Under the pieces are notes generated by a model, which was not told the DNA's origin, searched no databases, and saw nothing but the letters and a program-made list of their open reading frames with translations. Positions 63,566 through 64,000 of a stretch of DNA of 64,000 nucleotides are shown in pieces. Every line of letters begins with the position of its first letter. Positions within the stretch are counted from its first letter, which is position 1. Made by a program: the position numbers and the translations under genes. The DNA is from Octopus sinensis (Eukaryota), in the NCBI RefSeq assembly GCF_006345805.1, contig NC_043019.1, positions 14,011,360-14,075,359 on the forward strand, written 5' to 3'.

Positions 63566-63572
<7 letters not shown>
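63035..63572. mobile_element. Penelope-like foldback with arms of about 210 bp, each carrying a hammerhead motif (- at 63177-63220, + at 63384-63427)
   Basis: Arms 63035-63247 / 63357-63572. The minus copy reads GCCUG CUGAUGA UUACGUAAGUAU GAA AUCA-CUG-UGAU A CAGGU. Confidence 0.7.
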
Positions 63573-63613
<41 letters not shown>

Positions 63614-63780
63614 ATGCGCCAGGCGTGGCTGTGTGGTGAGAAGCTTGCTTCCCGACCATATGGCTCCGAGTTCAGTCCAATTGCGTAGTACCTTGGGCAA
63701 GTGTCTCTACTAAAGCCTCGGGCCGATCAAAGCCTTTTGAGTGGATTTGGTAGACTGAAACTGCTGAAAGAAGAGCCCGT

Positions 63781-63819
<39 letters not shown>

Positions 63820-63820
<1 letters not shown>

Positions 63821-64000
63821 GTTATTCCAAACATGAAAACACAACAACGCGAGGATGTGGAACAAGTATAGCGTTATTGGACGCTCAGGAAAGGAAAGAA
63901 AGAAGGAGGACTTAACGTTTCGAGCGGAGCTCTTCGTCAAAAACATAGAAGAAGGAAAGGTCCAAGGAAGGGAAGACGGAGAAAGAAAATCGCCAACGAT
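63820..64000 (-). mobile_element. TA-adjacent repeat with a variant hammerhead-like motif, runs off the window
   Basis: Reverse complement UUU UUGACGA A GAGC-ucc-GCUC GAA ACGU U AAG (63911-63943). Homologous to about 9481-9660 and 18630-18835. Confidence 0.55.

Overview
AT-rich, microsatellite- and SINE-dense animal genomic DNA. The repeat families look like Octopus (coleoid cephalopod); that assignment is inferred from the repeat repertoire. Two convergent spliced genes were reconstructed by hand. (1) On +, the 3' part (about 995 codons, 5' end not found in the window) of a type I membrane protein with 13 tandem TSP1 exons, a split Ig-like domain, one EGF domain, a TM helix and a short cytoplasmic tail (4737-44192). 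All TSP1 exons are phase 1-1, and the first ten are exactly 174 bp. TSP1 exon 12 carries a 1-bp frameshift as assembled. (2) On -, a complete 4-exon, 261-aa PhyH-family Fe(II)/2-oxoglutarate dioxygenase (53075-46354). Non-coding DNA holds many tRNA-derived SINEs, fragments of CR1/L2-, RTE- and R4/Dong-like LINEs, Helitron-type, mariner-type and Merlin-like non-autonomous elements, and a 185-bp satellite. The main unexpected signal is a dense set of about 13 minimal hammerhead-ribozyme motifs from several unrelated sequence families. Eight have an intact core and stems I and III, several sit in foldback elements beside (TA)n tracts, and one family is fused to a tRNA-derived SINE head. All structures and splice sites were read by eye and are not computationally validated.
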